Of a DNA stretch of 52,678 nt, positions 51,771 to 52,678 are shown one piece after another. Positions within the stretch are counted from its first letter, which is position 1; the number at the start of each line of letters is the position of its first letter. This DNA is from Candidatus Omnitrophota bacterium. Lineage in GTDB: Bacteria; Omnitrophota; Gorgyraeia; Duberdicusellales; 4484-171. The translations under genes were made by a program, and so were the position numbers. The DNA lies in the NCBI GenBank assembly GCA_043815185.1, contig JBDRJF010000013.1, positions 1 through 52,678 of the forward strand. Direction: 5' to 3'. The notes under the pieces are model-generated. The model saw nothing but the letters and a program-made list of their open reading frames with translations. It was not told where the DNA came from and ran no database searches.

Positions 51771-52677
51771 TCTTCAATATTTTATTTATGGCAGCAATAA
51801 CGTCTTGGGATGCTATTTTCATGCACTCACTGTCACGATTGCATTTTGCCATCTCGCAAGGCAGGCAATCTAATTCCTCTTTTCGTAAAACTACCGAATA
51901 TTTTGAACGTGGATATGACCTTTCATAACTAGTTGGACCAAAAAGGCAAACCACCGGCAGGCTAAGATAACTCCCCATATGGGTAATGCTTGAATCAACT
52001 CCTAAAAGTAAACTTGCATATTTCTTAAGAAGATAAAAAACATCACATATACCGGTTTTACCCACTAAATCAATAACTCCCCTTTGGCTAAGTATATCTT
52101 TATAAAATCCTCTATCTTGTTCCTGGCCTAAGATGACAACGCTTTGTTTATTCTCAAAAGATGAAACCACATCCTTTAGGTTAGCATAAGGATATTGTTT
52201 TATGCTTGAACGTGAACTGCAAGCAATAAATATAGCTTTTTTTATCTCTAAAGAATCCCATTTATCTCTTTCACTGTCTTTGAGAATAAAATTACTCTTT
52301 TCATAAGTCTCCTTAGGAGCAATCTTACGTATTAAGCTAAGATATTTATCCTCGATATGCACTTTGTTAGAAAATCGACGGATAAAAGGTGTCCGTTTCG
52401 GTATGCCCAAAGCAACTGGAAGAAAGGAGTTCTTTAAATCAGCAATCAAATCATATTTACCTCTTAAGTAAAGACAAAATTTTATCTTTGCTCCTGGTTT
52501 CCAGGACTTATCAAATAGAATAACTTCATCGATAAAACTATTGCGCATAAAAAAGTTATGGGTCTGTGGTGAAGCAATAGCTGAAATTTTAGCCTGGGGA
52601 TAATTAGAGTGCAGTCTATCTAACACCGGCAGCCCAACAATCGCATCACCTAAATTAGTAGGAAAATTTATTATTAT
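51754..52677 (-). CDS. GT9 glycosyltransferase; 5' end lies outside the window
   Basis: The frame stays open to the window edge (IIINFPTNLGDAIVGLPVL); DLVGKT, GVDSSITH and LFGPT motifs. Confidence 0.85.
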   Translation of the reverse strand: MIINFPTNLGDAIVGLPVLDRLHSNYPQAKISAIASPQTHNFFMRNSFIDEVILFDKSWKPGAKIKFCLYLRGKYDLIADLKNSFLPVALGIPKRTPFIRRFSNKVHIEDKYLSLIRKIAPKETYEKSNFILKDSERDKWDSLEIKKAIFIACSSRSSIKQYPYANLKDVVSSFENKQSVVILGQEQDRGFYKDILSQRGVIDLVGKTGICDVFYLLKKYASLLLGVDSSITHMGSYLSLPVVCLFGPTSYERSYPRSKYSVVLRKEELDCLPCEMAKCNRDSECMKIASQDVIAAINKILKNETTK

Positions 52678-52678
52678 C

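Overview
AT-rich bacterial chromosome segment from a diderm anaerobe (LPS heptosyltransferases, a TonB-dependent receptor, hydrogenase and PPDK). The gene style is suggestive of Candidatus Omnitrophota, but that is only an inference. Almost all genes are on the minus strand. From left to right: (1) an EF-G gene, running off the left edge, with an in-frame N-terminal transmembrane helix, coiled coil and Pro/Glu linker; (2) housekeeping and signalling genes; (3) a ~15.7 kb cobamide salvage/uptake operon with two different cobalamin riboswitches, a CbpA/CbpB peptide-radical SAM pair and an inserted REP-flanked Y1 transposase; (4) an integrase-less integron cassette array beside tRNA-Arg(CCT); (5) apt, a sigma factor, ppdK and glyQS; (6) a Rex-controlled operon for a group 4 membrane-bound [NiFe]-hydrogenase with an Mrp antiporter module and an NAD(P)H-diaphorase-like module. 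The most striking feature is the maturation end of operon (6). It has HycI, a HypA without its zinc finger, a HypC-HydE fusion and an intact-looking HydG, with no hypB/D/E/F, hydF or hydA in the window. This suggests a possible hybrid route in which [FeFe] maturases supply the Fe(CO/CN) unit of a [NiFe] site. A family of covarying double-hairpin intergenic elements (6 copies) is also visible.
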